This document shows positions 19,712 to 30,637 of a stretch of 64,000 nt of DNA, one piece after another (within the stretch, counting starts at the first letter, position 1; each line of letters starts with the position of its first letter). The translations under genes and the position numbers were made by a program. Under the pieces are notes generated by a model. It did not search any database, had not been told where the DNA came from, and saw nothing but the letters and a program-made list of their open reading frames with translations. This stretch comes from Blastocatellia bacterium (GTDB taxonomy: Bacteria > Acidobacteriota > Blastocatellia > UBA7656), in the NCBI GenBank assembly GCA_963765495.1, contig CAVXWP010000005.1, positions 64,001 through 128,000 on the forward strand. Reading direction: 5' to 3'.

Positions 19712-19974
19712 TGGGCCGCTTTTCGGGTTTTCTTCAGGAAATGTCAGTCAGGGATTGAAGGGCCTCTGACCTGAGATCCCAACCTCACATGCTGTCACCC
19801 TGATTTTCATTATTTGGGGGGGATTAAACGCCCCAATAGCCCGAGGTCTTTCCAGACCCGGAGACGAGCCTTTCAGGGATAGGGTTTTCGATCAATTGGA
19901 ACGCAAATTACGATTTCGACAGGCGCTCACTCGCCTGCCACAGAAAAGGTGCGCTAAAGAGAGGAGAATCTGAG

Positions 19975-21213
19975 ATGAAAACTCTGAAAATATTTGTGTT
20001 TCTGTTTTTCGCGGCAGCATTGGTTTTACCGTTTGCCTTCACGAGTTCGGTCGAAGGGCAGGCGGCTACGGAGGCCCCGGCGGGGTTTGATGGTCATACA
20101 AACGGTCTGATCCCGCAAGGCACAATCGTGCACGAGCCGCCGGTTTCCGGTGACTTCGTCAACGATCAGGCTGTTTTCGAGGAGAGGGAAGTGATAGCCG
20201 ACGGCCTGGGTCCGGTTTACAATGCTCAGGCGTGCGCCGAATGCCATCAAAACCCGGTTACGGGCGGCATCAGCCAGGTTAATGAATTCAGAGCCGGGCA
20301 TCTGGATAGATTCGGCAATTTTGTCGATGCCCCGGGTGGCTCGCTCATCAATGACAGAGCCATTGATGCTTCGATAGTCGAGCGCATATCGACGGCTGAA
20401 ACCGTGACGACCTTCCGCACGTCTCTCAATGTACTGGGCGACGGATTTGTCGAAGCCATTGCCAACAGCACGTTACAAAACATCCAGAGCAGCCAGCCTT
20501 CTGCTCAAAGAGGCGCGCTTCTTGCGGTGCCGGTGCTTGAAGCCGGTGGCGCGCTCAGATTCGGACGCTTTGGCTGGAAGAATCAGCACGCCAGTCTCGA
20601 ATCGTTTTCCGCCGATGCTTATCTGAACGAGATGGGAATAACCAGCCCCCTGCAACCTACAGAAAACACGTCGAACGGCGATTCAGTAGCCGCATTCGAT
20701 ACAGTGGCCGACCCGGAGGATGATGGAGATGATGTGGAAGTCTTTGCAGAGTTCATGAGGTCTACAAAGGTTCCGCCTCGTGACGCGGCGCGCGCGGCGA
20801 CTTCCGACGCTATAAACGGTTCGAATTTATTCGACTCGATAGGCTGCGCCGTCTGCCACATTCGCACGATCACGACAGCCCCCGCGGGCACTGTGATCAA
20901 CGGCGGCGCTTTCACGGTTCCTGCGGCCCTCGGCAACAAGATAATCCATCCGTTCAGCGATTTCCTTTTGCATAACGTCGGAACTGGTGACGGGATCGTT
21001 CAAAACGGTGGACAGGCAAGCGCAAACCTGATGCGGACGCCTCCGCTCTGGGGCGTGCGTTCGCGCAACAAACTGATGCACGACGGTCAGACAAATACTT
21101 TCAATGACGCTATACTGCGACACGCCGGTCAGGCAACCGGCGCGAGAAACAACTATGCCAATCTGAGTAACACAAATAAGAATCGACTTATCTCATTCCT
21201 CCTGTCGTTGTGA
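19975..21213 (+). CDS. Di-haem oxidoreductase (DUF1111/DHOR family)
   Basis: Signal peptide; GLGPVYN-CAECH, GRFGWK, CAVCH, SDFLLH, RTPPLWG, MHDG motifs. Confidence 0.88.
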   Translation: MKTLKIFVFLFFAAALVLPFAFTSSVEGQAATEAPAGFDGHTNGLIPQGTIVHEPPVSGDFVNDQAVFEEREVIADGLGPVYNAQACAECHQNPVTGGISQVNEFRAGHLDRFGNFVDAPGGSLINDRAIDASIVERISTAETVTTFRTSLNVLGDGFVEAIANSTLQNIQSSQPSAQRGALLAVPVLEAGGALRFGRFGWKNQHASLESFSADAYLNEMGITSPLQPTENTSNGDSVAAFDTVADPEDDGDDVEVFAEFMRSTKVPPRDAARAATSDAINGSNLFDSIGCAVCHIRTITTAPAGTVINGGAFTVPAALGNKIIHPFSDFLLHNVGTGDGIVQNGGQASANLMRTPPLWGVRSRNKLMHDGQTNTFNDAILRHAGQATGARNNYANLSNTNKNRLISFLLSL

Positions 21214-21354
21214 TGAGATCAATACTAGAAATTGACTTGAGGATCCGATCGGGGGTTTGCCGGACAACTATACGGCGGACCCCTGATACCACCCACTCAA
21301 ATGGATAGACGGATCGCAGCGTATCAGAGCAGCGTATTAGAAAGGAGTTGCAAA

Positions 21355-22119
21355 GTGGCGGACAGAAAAATCCTTGTAGCCTGTTTCTCAATTCTCATTT
21401 GCATCGTTCCCCTGGCTTTGTCTGCGTGTGCCACCAGGCCGGACCCTCCGGTTCCCGAAGCTCGAGTCGAAACTGCCGCTACGCTGACTAAAGAACCTGA
21501 CCCGGCAACGAGCCTTCCGGTCGAAGAAGTCAGGCTTCCGCTGCCAAAGACCACAGAGATTACGGACAAGATCAACCGCGTCTATCAGGGGACCGTCATG
21601 GTCAATTCGGATGTCAATCCCGGTTTTGTCGTGGGCGATTTTAACGGCGACTTTTCACAGGACATAGCCGTGGTTGTAAAACCCGTTGCGGGGAGGCTCG
21701 AAGATATCAACAGTCAGTTTGCCAACTGGATGATTAGAGACCCGATGGCCGCATCGAATGATACCGGCGAGCAGGCACAGGAGGTCCGACTTGATTCTTC
21801 ACCGATCCGCATTGAAGCATTCGACCATCTGCTGGTTGTCATACACGGTTATGAATCCTCCGGGTGGCGCGCACCCGAAGCTACACAGACATATCTGCTC
21901 AAGAATGTTGTTGGCGCAGGCGTGAAGAGTCAGCCTTTGAAATCCGTGGTGAAAGCAAACCGGGGTAAGAATATCCCTTACTTGCGCGGCGATGTGATCG
22001 AGCAGGTGCTTAACGGAGAACAGGGCTTCCTGTACTACACGGGCGTGGAGTACGGCTGGTATGACAGACGCGCGCGCAAGAACAACGATCCACGGCAGAT
22101 GGCGCACGATAGAAGATAA
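21355..22119 (+). CDS. Hypothetical lipoprotein
   Basis: SD AAAGGA then GTG; lipobox LSA-C; FG-GAP-like GDFNGD motif. Confidence 0.7.
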   Translation: MADRKILVACFSILICIVPLALSACATRPDPPVPEARVETAATLTKEPDPATSLPVEEVRLPLPKTTEITDKINRVYQGTVMVNSDVNPGFVVGDFNGDFSQDIAVVVKPVAGRLEDINSQFANWMIRDPMAASNDTGEQAQEVRLDSSPIRIEAFDHLLVVIHGYESSGWRAPEATQTYLLKNVVGAGVKSQPLKSVVKANRGKNIPYLRGDVIEQVLNGEQGFLYYTGVEYGWYDRRARKNNDPRQMAHDRR

Positions 22120-22120
22120 A

Positions 22121-22154
22121 TCCATCTGAGATTTGAGATTTGAAATCTCGGATG
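22121..22154. repeat. TTTGAGA heptamer hairpin
   Basis: CATCTGAGATTTGAGATTTGAAATCTCGGATG. Confidence 0.7.
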
Positions 22155-22187
22155 AGCAGGAGTGAAAGAAAATAGCTTCCAGCCGGA

Positions 22188-23231
22188 TCAGTCGGTTTTC
22201 GCCGAGGCGGGTTGTGAGACCTCGGGCTTAAAATCCAGTATGTCCTTAAACGGCTGTTTGGCATCACCGAAATCAGGCCGGTAGTATTCCGCGGCCGAAT
22301 CGAAATCCTGCATCCAGCCTTCTTCCATTCCGAGCGATTCCAGATGCTCGATTGCCCGCATCCATTCCGACCAGCGAATCTTTCGCGATATGAGCAGGTA
22401 GCGATCTGCTCCCACCTTGTTTGTAGGAAAATACTGCGCCATCAGGCTCACAGCCACTTTCGGCGATAACTCGTCGCGTATCCATCTTAGCGAATCGGCA
22501 ATGCCAGCGATGTCGTTGGGCAAAACCAGCAGTCGTACGATCAACCCTCGCTTTACGAGACCATCATCCCCATAAAAGAGCGCGTCGCCCGTTTGCCTGT
22601 ACATCTCTTTGAGACTTGCGCGAGCGTGTTCGACATACCGCGTCACCTTTGAGTACTCGCGCCCCGCTTCCTCATCGCTGTACTTGAGGTCGGGCAGATA
22701 GACATCGACTATGCCATCGAGCAGGCGCAACACCTCGACCGCATCATAGGTGTTTGTGTTGTAGACGACCGGCAGGCGTAATCCGCGCTCTGCCGCTATC
22801 AGAAGAGATTTGACCAGTTGCGGGACAAAGTGAGTGGGCGAAACCCAGTTGATGTTATGACAGCCGCGATCTTGCAATTCGAGAAATATCTCTGCGAGCC
22901 GCTCGAAAGAGACCTCGTTTGCGCGCTGCTGTTTGAAAGTCTGGCTGATCTGATAATTCTGGCAGTATACGCATCTGAGGTTGCAAAGCCCCAGAAAGAC
23001 ATTGCCCGCGCCGTGTGTGCCCACAAGCGCAGGCTCTTCGCCGAAATGCGCCGTGTAGGACGAGACTATCGGCAGCAGTCCCGAATAGCAGGCGGCGACT
23101 TCGTCGTTGAGGCGATTAACATCGCAATCTCTCGGGCAGATGCGGCAGCACCCGAGCATATCCATTAGGCGTTCGACGCGCCGGGCCAGTTCGCCCGACC
23201 GAAGCAGCTTGATATAAGAAGGTTCGTACAC
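22188..23231 (-). CDS. Radical SAM protein, PflX-like
   Basis: CRICPRDC, HFGEEP, CNLRCVYCQN, GCHNINWVSPTH, YLPDLKY. Confidence 0.88.
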   Translation of the reverse strand: MYEPSYIKLLRSGELARRVERLMDMLGCCRICPRDCDVNRLNDEVAACYSGLLPIVSSYTAHFGEEPALVGTHGAGNVFLGLCNLRCVYCQNYQISQTFKQQRANEVSFERLAEIFLELQDRGCHNINWVSPTHFVPQLVKSLLIAAERGLRLPVVYNTNTYDAVEVLRLLDGIVDVYLPDLKYSDEEAGREYSKVTRYVEHARASLKEMYRQTGDALFYGDDGLVKRGLIVRLLVLPNDIAGIADSLRWIRDELSPKVAVSLMAQYFPTNKVGADRYLLISRKIRWSEWMRAIEHLESLGMEEGWMQDFDSAAEYYRPDFGDAKQPFKDILDFKPEVSQPASAKTD

Positions 23232-23329
23232 GTCATGGATTTTACAGTCTGTTTCGCAAAGACATCAAATCGGGTTTGAAGATAGAGCAGCAGGTGGATG
23301 TGTGCGCAGTGGGGATTTTCGGTTTCAGG

Positions 23330-23373
23330 AAAAAGGCCGGGGCGATGAAAATCTCATCGCCCCGGCCTTTTTT
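23330..23373. terminator. Rho-independent terminator (bidirectional type)
   Basis: AAAAAGGCCGGGGCGATGA-loop-TCATCGCCCCGGCCTTTTTT. Confidence 0.85.
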
Positions 23374-23396
23374 ATTAGGTTTAACCGTATCAGAGA

Positions 23397-23828
23397 TTAG
23401 TCTCTCTTCTTACCCCGACAATCCATAGTATTGTCCTTCATGGACTCGTCGTTCAGGAATTCCTTCATAGGCGGCAACGGAGGATTCGTATCTACCGTAT
23501 CAAACACCTGGACAGCCGCGCTTGCCGTTTGTGTGCACTCATTGGCAGAAGCAAGCACTTTATAGTTATCGGCTATGTGTTCGAGATAGATCATGCAGCC
23601 GTTTCTTTTCACCGATCCTCGGCCAGTCATCACTACGCCATCGCTGCAATGGACAAATTTATATTGCCCGCCGACGGAATTGAACATCAAATAATTGCCG
23701 GTTGCATCGTCTTGAATTGCGATGTCGTATTGAATGTCAAATCGCTGCCCGCCCAACCGATTGCGCGCGCTTACCGATGCTCCTGCCACCAAAGCTACCA
23801 TTGCCAAAACTAATCCTAACTTTCTCAT
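23397..23828 (-). CDS. Small secreted Cys-containing protein
   Basis: SD GGAGG; signal peptide; DIAIQDDATGN...C...C...C...DNTMDC. Confidence 0.75.
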   Translation of the reverse strand: MRKLGLVLAMVALVAGASVSARNRLGGQRFDIQYDIAIQDDATGNYLMFNSVGGQYKFVHCSDGVVMTGRGSVKRNGCMIYLEHIADNYKVLASANECTQTASAAVQVFDTVDTNPPLPPMKEFLNDESMKDNTMDCRGKKRD

Positions 23829-24069
23829 AATGCCTCCATAATCGGGAACTATCTTTATGATTTCCCGTTATCAATCCCCTTGTTTCACGCAGTGAGGACG
23901 CTCTTATCCTTTGCCTGCCCGTTGAGGCAGGCTTAGTTGCGTACTCTCACCCGCAGATTATATATACTGGAAAGATTTCGGTCAGTGACCCGCAACCTGA
24001 ACGGTTCTGCCTTCAATCACATCCTGTGCGGCCCCTTCCCGGGGCCGCAGGCAGGGTTTCAAGACTTCG

Positions 24070-25098
24070 TTAATTGGAATCCATAACCTGGAGTTTATCG
24101 GCTCTGACAGACCCGTCGGCCTGACCGACTCCCTTTACTTTCACACGCGTTCCGACGGTGGCTGCGCCGTGTTGTTGCTTGACGCGAGTAGAGGCTGTGA
24201 CCTGAACCGTACGACCGCCGATTATCCAGTCGCCTATCAGGCCCGAACCCGGCCTGCTTTCGACCGTACCCTTGAACTTCGCCCTGTCGCCGTTCTGGTT
24301 TCCGCTGTCGTCAAAGCTTGATTTGGTTTCGATCCTTGAAGCCGTTATTGAGTTGTCGGATTCGAGTGTGCCTGATACTTCGACAAGCGTTCCCACGGCT
24401 ACGAGAGCCTCTTCCTGTTTTATGTTTGTTGAAGATATAACGTTGACCGAGCGACCGCTGACTATCCACGTACCGACGAAGCCGGGCGTATCGGGCAGAT
24501 GCTCTATCCGGCCTTTAAGCTCGTGGCGTCCGTCGTTGCCGCCCACGTTTGATTTGACTTCGATCTCGGTCGCGTTTATCGAGCCATCGGAAAGCCCGGG
24601 GCCTTCTATCTGAACAAATGCTCCGACGGCGATTGGGCCGATCTCCTGTTCGATGTGCGTAGACGTGCTCACATGAATGATGCGACCACCCACACGCCAA
24701 TCGCCTATGAGACCTGCGGGGAAAGTTTCGACCGTTCCGCTGAAATGAATGTCTTCATCGTTATCATCACCGTCATCATCGCCGCCGTTAGTCGGATTGA
24801 CTTCTATCCTTGTGGCGTCAACCGAGCCGTCCGAGCGCTGATTGCCCTTGACCTCTACCGAGGCTCCTACCCTGACCGTGCCGTGTTCCTGTTCTATGCT
24901 CGTGCTTGACGTAACATGAACCGTGCGTCCGCTTACGACCCAATCACCCGTAAAGCCGGGACCTGCGGGCAGGCTTTCAATCGTGCCTTTGATCTCAAAA
25001 TTCCCGCCATTCTTGCCGTTGGCAAGAGCCGCGCCCGCGGGTAACACGATTATTACCATTGCAAATATGATCGCTAATCTGAAGCCTGTGTTTTTCAT
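24070..25098 (-). CDS. Secreted DUF5666 repeat protein (4 repeats)
   Basis: Signal peptide; four units G.(I/V)E..P...G.W.V.GR.V.V...T.I.Q..G...VG..V.V.G....DGS..A..I. Confidence 0.8.
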   Translation of the reverse strand: MKNTGFRLAIIFAMVIIVLPAGAALANGKNGGNFEIKGTIESLPAGPGFTGDWVVSGRTVHVTSSTSIEQEHGTVRVGASVEVKGNQRSDGSVDATRIEVNPTNGGDDDGDDNDEDIHFSGTVETFPAGLIGDWRVGGRIIHVSTSTHIEQEIGPIAVGAFVQIEGPGLSDGSINATEIEVKSNVGGNDGRHELKGRIEHLPDTPGFVGTWIVSGRSVNVISSTNIKQEEALVAVGTLVEVSGTLESDNSITASRIETKSSFDDSGNQNGDRAKFKGTVESRPGSGLIGDWIIGGRTVQVTASTRVKQQHGAATVGTRVKVKGVGQADGSVRADKLQVMDSN

Positions 25099-25253
25099 CT
25101 CTTTTTCTCCTGAAAATTTCTTTTATCCATTTCTGGTTTCATTCAGGCAGAGTGAGCGGCCAGAAAAAAAATACAAAGATTCTGTGAGTTTTTGAGGTGA
25201 CAGGATAAGTGTATTGGGAAAGAAGGCAGGTTGATGGTTTGCGGGGCAGCGCC

Positions 25254-25378
25254 AATCCGAGATCTGAGATTTGAGATTTAAGATTTGAGAATCTGTAGCG
25301 CGAGCCGCTTCGTGCTGAGACCTGAGAACAAAAATCTCAGCCATCAGGTCTCAAATCTCAAATCTCAAATCTCAGATT
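25254..25378. repeat. Heptamer tandem inverted repeat (TGAGATT / AATCTCA)
   Basis: Left arm 25254-25294, right arm 25348-25378 overlapping the carB stop. Confidence 0.85.
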
Positions 25379-28300
25379 AGCTGTCTGCTGCCTGGGCGTG
25401 ATATTCCTGAAGGCTTTTGACTTCCATCTGCTCGTCCTTTAATGCGCGGATCGCTTCGACCGTTGCCGTAGCCCCGGTCATAGTGGTTACGCAAGGGACC
25501 GTGTACTGCATTGCGGCGCGGCGAATCGCGCGTTCATCGTAAAACGACGAGCGACCGAGCGGCGTGTTGATGATCAAATCTATTTGCCGACTCTTAACCA
25601 GATCAGAGACGTTTGGACGCCCTTCATTCACCTTGTAAACAAAGCCGCAAGGGATGGCTTCCCTTTCGATGATTCTCTGTGTGCCGCGAGTGGCGATCAA
25701 TTTGAATCCCATCTCGTGAAGGTCTCTGGCCAGTTTTGCTACTTCGCGCTTGTCCTGATCGTTCACGCTGATAAAGACCGAGCCCCCGCGCGGCAGCCTC
25801 GTGCCCGCGCCCAGTTGCGCCTTGAGATATGCGCCGCCGAAGCTCTCGGCTATTCCCATTACCTCGCCTGTAGAGCGCATCTCAGGCCCGAGTATCGGAT
25901 CAACGCCCGGAAACTTTACAAACGGAAAGACCGGCGTCTTGATATAAAACCGATCCACTTTAAGCTCATCGGGCAGATCAAACTCCGCCAGTTGCTTGCC
26001 CACCATCAACCGCGCTGCGATCTTGGCAAGCGGCACGCCCGTGGCTTTTGAAACGAAGGGAACGGTCCGCGATGCGCGCGGGTTGACTTCCAGCACGTAA
26101 ACCGTGTCGCCTGAAACCGCGAACTGAATGTTCATCAGCCCCACGACTTCGAGCCTCAAGGCAAGCTCTCGCGTATATGCGCGCATCCGGTCGAGATGGT
26201 CTTTCTTTATCCCGTAAGGCGGAAGCACGCACGAAGAATCGCCCGAATGTATGCCCGCCTCTTCGATGTGTTGCTGAATTCCTGCGATCACTACGCGACA
26301 ACCGTCGGCCAGCGCGTCAACGTCTATCTCGTATGCGTATTCGAGAAACGAATCAATCAGGATGGGATGAGCGGGCGAGGCCTCAACCGCATAAGTCATG
26401 TAAGAATCGAGGCTCGCTTCATCATAGACGATCTGCATGGCCCGACCGCCCAGCACATAACTCGGACGCACAAGCACGGGATAGCCTATCTCGATTGCCA
26501 CTTCTCGCGCTTCTTCATTTGACGTGGCCGTGCCGTTGGGTGGCTGCGGGATGCCCAGTTCCGAGAGCAGCTTTCCAAATCGCTTTCGGTCTTCGGCCAG
26601 ATCGATTGATTCGGGCGAGGTGCCGATTATGGGGACCCCGGCTTCGAGCAGTCGCATCGCAAGGTTGAGCGGCGTCTGCCCGCCAAACTGCACTATCACA
26701 CCCTCGGGGCGCTCGCGCTCGATTATCTCCATCACATCTTCAAACGTGATAGGCTCGAAGTAAAGCCGGTCGCTTGTGTCGTAGTCGGTCGAGACCGTTT
26801 CAGGGTTGCAGTTGACCATGATCGTCTCAAAACCGTCTTCTTTCAGCGCAAACGCGGCGTGGCAACAGCAGTAATCGAACTCGATGCCCTGGCCTATGCG
26901 ATTGGGGCCCGAACCGAGAATGATAATCTTTCTGCGGTCTGAGGTATCGGCTTCGTCTTCGGCTTCGTAGGTCGAGTAAAGATATGGAGTGAAGGATTCA
27001 AACTCCGCGCCACAGGTATCGACTCGTTTGAAAACGGGGCGCACTCCCCTCTCGATCCTCGCGCGGCGAACCTCGTCTTCGGTCACCTTGAGCAGCGAGG
27101 CGAGTCGTTCATCGGAAAAACCCGTGCGTTTGGCCCGGCGCAACTCAGCGTTCGAAATAGTTTCAAGGCTTTCGGTTGAAATCTCGCGCTCGCGCTCGAT
27201 GATCTCGCTCAGATTGTCGAGAAACCAGGGGTCAATCTTTGTCAACTCGTGAAGTTCTTCTGTGGAATAACCAAGCGAAAGCGCGTGCATAATGAAATGG
27301 ACGCGCTCGGCCGAAGGCACGACGAGCCTGCGCCTGAGTTCCGTGTCGTCCAGATCATCCGGCATGCGGTAAGCTCCGCGAGTCTCAAGCGAGCGCAATC
27401 CCTTCAAAAATGCTTCTTTGAAATTGCTGCCGATTGCCATCGCTTCGCCTACGGATTTCATCTGTGTGCCGAGCGTAGGGTCTGAGGCGGGAAATTTCTC
27501 AAATGCCCACTTGGGAATTTTTACCACACAGTAATCAATAGTCGGTTCAAAGCTGGCAGGCGTTTTGCGCGTGATGTCGTTTGGTATTTCATCGAGCGTA
27601 TAACCTACGGCGAGTTTGGCGGCGATCTTGGCAATCGGAAAGCCAGTGGCTTTTGAGGCGAGCGCCGACGAGCGCGACACGCGCGGATTCATCTCGATTA
27701 TGATCAACTGCCCGTCGCGGGGGTTGAGCGCAAACTGAATATTCGAGCCGCCCGTTTCGACTCCGACTTTGCGAATGACCTGAATCGCGGCATCGCGCAT
27801 CATCTGGTATTCGCGGTCGGAGAGCGTCTGCGTCGGAGCTATGGTTATGGAATCGCCCGTATGCACGCCCATCGGATCGAAGTTTTCAATCGAACAGATG
27901 ATGACCACGTTATCGGCCAGATCGCGCATCACTTCAAGTTCGTATTCCTTCCACCCTATGATGGATTGCTCGATAAGCGTCTCGTGCATCGGCGAGGCGT
28001 CGAGCGCGCGGGCGACTATCTCTTCGTACTCTTCGGCGTTAAAGGCAATGCCGCCGCCCGTGCCGCCAAGCGTAAACGAGGGCCGTATGATCGCGGGATA
28101 CCCGACCATATCTATAAGCTCGCGGGCGGCTTCAAGCGATTTGACGATGCCGGACCTTGGCATGGCCAGCCCTATTTCTTCCATCGCCTGTTTGAAGAGC
28201 AGCCGGTCTTCGGCCACTTTGATCGCGTCGAGTTTTGCGCCTATCAGTTGCACCCCGAATCGCTCAAGCGTGCCGTCTTCGGCAAGGGCCACGGCTATGT

Positions 28301-28589
28301 TGAGCGCGGTCTGCCCTCCGACTGTGGGCAGAAGCGCGTCGGGGCGCTCGCGTTCGATGCAGGCGCGAACCGCGTCAGGCGTAAGCGGCTCGATATATGT
28401 GCGGTCGGCGGTTTCCGGGTCGGTCATTATAGTGGCGGGATTCGAATTTATCAGGACTACTTCAAACCCTTCGCTGCGAAGCGCCTTGCAGGCCTGCGTC
28501 CCGGAATAGTCAAATTCGCAGGCCTGGCCTATGACTATAGGCCCGGAACCTACGACGAGTATTTTGTGTAGATCGGTTCTTTTCGGCAT
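25377..28589 (-). CDS. carB: Carbamoyl-phosphate synthase large subunit
   Basis: MPKRTD...[17 protein letters not shown]; duplicated ATP-grasp domains; C-terminal MGS domain. Confidence 0.98.
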   Translation of the reverse strand: MPKRTDLHKILVVGSGPIVIGQACEFDYSGTQACKALRSEGFEVVLINSNPATIMTDPETADRTYIEPLTPDAVRACIERERPDALLPTVGGQTALNIAVALAEDGTLERFGVQLIGAKLDAIKVAEDRLLFKQAMEEIGLAMPRSGIVKSLEAARELIDMVGYPAIIRPSFTLGGTGGGIAFNAEEYEEIVARALDASPMHETLIEQSIIGWKEYELEVMRDLADNVVIICSIENFDPMGVHTGDSITIAPTQTLSDREYQMMRDAAIQVIRKVGVETGGSNIQFALNPRDGQLIIIEMNPRVSRSSALASKATGFPIAKIAAKLAVGYTLDEIPNDITRKTPASFEPTIDYCVVKIPKWAFEKFPASDPTLGTQMKSVGEAMAIGSNFKEAFLKGLRSLETRGAYRMPDDLDDTELRRRLVVPSAERVHFIMHALSLGYSTEELHELTKIDPWFLDNLSEIIEREREISTESLETISNAELRRAKRTGFSDERLASLLKVTEDEVRRARIERGVRPVFKRVDTCGAEFESFTPYLYSTYEAEDEADTSDRRKIIILGSGPNRIGQGIEFDYCCCHAAFALKEDGFETIMVNCNPETVSTDYDTSDRLYFEPITFEDVMEIIERERPEGVIVQFGGQTPLNLAMRLLEAGVPIIGTSPESIDLAEDRKRFGKLLSELGIPQPPNGTATSNEEAREVAIEIGYPVLVRPSYVLGGRAMQIVYDEASLDSYMTYAVEASPAHPILIDSFLEYAYEIDVDALADGCRVVIAGIQQHIEEAGIHSGDSSCVLPPYGIKKDHLDRMRAYTRELALRLEVVGLMNIQFAVSGDTVYVLEVNPRASRTVPFVSKATGVPLAKIAARLMVGKQLAEFDLPDELKVDRFYIKTPVFPFVKFPGVDPILGPEMRSTGEVMGIAESFGGAYLKAQLGAGTRLPRGGSVFISVNDQDKREVAKLARDLHEMGFKLIATRGTQRIIEREAIPCGFVYKVNEGRPNVSDLVKSRQIDLIINTPLGRSSFYDERAIRRAAMQYTVPCVTTMTGATATVEAIRALKDEQMEVKSLQEYHAQAADS

Positions 28590-28595
28590 CTGTTC

Positions 28596-29153
28596 TTAGC
28601 TGGTCTGTTTTGATTTTCTCTCAACCGGCGTTCTGTAATCGCGCTCATCGAGATGTCGCGTTGTCTGTTCGGTGACGCTCGCAGGCATATCAACGGGGCC
28701 GGTATTGTATTCTCCCGAAGGAGGTGTGAACTGCGCGGGCGGGGGTGGAATGAAATTCTGCCCGGGCGCACGAGGCATATTGTTTTGCGGCAGGTTGTAG
28801 CCGAGCGCCTTCATTTCGCCGCTTGCGCTCAGCCAGCCACTCAAACCCTTTCCAAGTACGATAGTGCCCCAGCAGAATAACCAGAATACTATGAAGAAAG
28901 CGGCCACGCCGGGCAAACCCACGCTTGCGAGCAGCGCCATCAAAAACGCGCCGCTTATGATGAGCGTGCTGCCGAGAATAAAACTTCGGCGGCCCTTGTA
29001 ATAATCTTTCAAAAGGCGGCGTTGCTCGTCGTCAACCACGGCCCCGCTGAGTTTGCCCGTCAGCGCATCGGTGACGATAGCGAGATTGGTCCCGCAACGC
29101 GTGCAGAATTTCGTTCCCGCCGGATTGCCTGAGCCACAATTTGGACAGTACAT
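28596..29153 (-). CDS. Zinc-ribbon membrane protein
   Basis: MYCPNCG...FCTRCG, two TM helices, Pro-rich tail ending SVTEQTTRHL; start set at ATG 29153. Confidence 0.75.
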   Translation of the reverse strand: MYCPNCGSGNPAGTKFCTRCGTNLAIVTDALTGKLSGAVVDDEQRRLLKDYYKGRRSFILGSTLIISGAFLMALLASVGLPGVAAFFIVFWLFCWGTIVLGKGLSGWLSASGEMKALGYNLPQNNMPRAPGQNFIPPPPAQFTPPSGEYNTGPVDMPASVTEQTTRHLDERDYRTPVERKSKQTS

Positions 29154-29230
29154 AATATCTCCCGAACCTCGTGACGCCGCGCCTGCTGACCAACCAGTGA
29201 TTTTACCGATTGCCTTCCAGCCTTTCAAAT

Positions 29231-29362
29231 TGGGGGCCGGGGGTCGAGGGGCCGGGATCAGATCAGAATCAGTAAAGCGTCTGATTCATCAGGTTTGCTC
29301 GCCCTGGCGAGCAATAGGGGATCAGTCGAAATCTATCAATTTTGTCTGATCCCCGGCCCCTA
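29231..29362. repeat. GGGGCCG-type heptamer inverted repeat
   Basis: GGGGGCCGGGGGTCGAGGGGCCGGGATCAGA ... TCTGATCCCCGGCCCCTA; right arm includes the permease stop. Confidence 0.75.
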
Positions 29363-30439
29363 TTCGTAGCTCAATGCCTGCACAGGGTCCTGATTGGCGG
29401 CGCGCAGTGCCGGATAGAGCGCGCCGAGCGCGCCCGAAAGCAACCCGAGCACAAGCGTGTAAAAAAACCATGTCGGTTCCAGATCGACCGGAATGGTTGT
29501 GAGTCGCTGGATCACATACTTGCCGATAAAAGAGAGCCCAAACCCTACGACCACGCCGAGCAGACTTATCAGCAGCGACTCTTTTTCTATCTCGCCCGCT
29601 ATCCACATCCTCGATGCGCCCAGGCTTTTCAGTACGCCTATCTGGCGGGTGCGCTCGGTCACGGTCGTATACATCGCAAGCAACACGACAAGCGCAGAGA
29701 CGATGATCGAAAGCACCATCACCACTTTTAAAAAGGACTGCATCGCGGGTGTCCCACGCGCATAAAGCAGGGGTAGATCGCGCGTGAGAAGAAGGCTGTT
29801 TTCCGGGAATCGCTCTTTGATGCGCAAGGCAATCTCTTCCTGTCGGGCAGGGTCAAAGACCTTCACCAGTATGATCGAGCTTAAATTGGGCCGGTTCAAA
29901 CTCTCCTGCAAAGTCGAGAGCGGGAGCTTGACCCGCCCGAGCGATTCCGGCTCGTAGATGCCGACTACGTGAAAGGGGCGATCAAAGATTTGCAGGGTGT
30001 CTCCGACCTTCAGATGTCGGCTCTGTTGAAAGACGCGATCCACAATCGCCTCATCGCCCGTCGTGAGCGGGCGGCCTTCGACCACGCGCACTCCCGACAC
30101 TTGCGTGAAAGCGTCGTAATCAACCCCGTCAATAACGCGCCCTTCGTATAACAACTGGCCTACGGGAACGGCTGCCTGAACGCCTTCCATCGAGCCGATA
30201 GTCTGGGCAGTGCTGGCAGGGATCGTGAGCGTAGAGGCGATTTGCAGGCTGAATTCGCCCGCCTGACGCACCCATATCTCGGCGGTCACAGCGGAATTGC
30301 GGCGGCCCTGTTCGTTCAGGAATCCGTGCACAAGCCCCACGGTCAACACTACGAGCAATACGCCGAGCGCGACGCCGGCCACCGTGGTCAGCGTGCGCGT
30401 CTTGCGGTACAAGATATTTGATAAAACCAGATTATCCAT
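29360..30439 (-). CDS. ABC transporter permease (MacB/FtsX family)
   Basis: N-terminal TM, periplasmic core, ERTRQIGVLKSLGA, C-terminal DPVQALSYE. Confidence 0.9.
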   Translation of the reverse strand: MDNLVLSNILYRKTRTLTTVAGVALGVLLVVLTVGLVHGFLNEQGRRNSAVTAEIWVRQAGEFSLQIASTLTIPASTAQTIGSMEGVQAAVPVGQLLYEGRVIDGVDYDAFTQVSGVRVVEGRPLTTGDEAIVDRVFQQSRHLKVGDTLQIFDRPFHVVGIYEPESLGRVKLPLSTLQESLNRPNLSSIILVKVFDPARQEEIALRIKERFPENSLLLTRDLPLLYARGTPAMQSFLKVVMVLSIIVSALVVLLAMYTTVTERTRQIGVLKSLGASRMWIAGEIEKESLLISLLGVVVGFGLSFIGKYVIQRLTTIPVDLEPTWFFYTLVLGLLSGALGALYPALRAANQDPVQALSYE

Positions 30440-30500
30440 TCTCTCCTGAATTCTGACGGATGAATCGTTGGTCGCGCTGGAACTTGATCTCTTTCGCGCT

Positions 30501-30536
30501 TTCAGATCTAAAATCTGAAATTTCAAATCTCAGATG
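30501..30536. repeat. Degenerate AATCTCA heptamer array
   Basis: TTCAGATCTAAAATCTGAAATTTCAAATCTCAGATG. Confidence 0.55.
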
Positions 30537-30637
30537 CATTCAATAAACATCAATAATTGATTTTCCCTGACTGCCGGGAACTTAACAAGCTCTTCGAGCC
30601 ATTACCGGCTGGCTCCACCGATAAATTGCCCGGTCGC

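Noticed and set aside
23881-23896. parS-like site TGTTTCACG
   Set aside because: Only one half matches; the palindromic second half is missing
25123-25344. Small ORFs across repeat elements (also 60279-60500 and the extended starts at 29228 and 30526)
   Set aside because: Translations such as [12 protein letters not shown] and TRIRRIHAD simply read the heptamer or nonamer arrays
27841-28571. Long + strand ORFs opposite carB
   Set aside because: Typical antisense shadows of a GC-rich conserved gene
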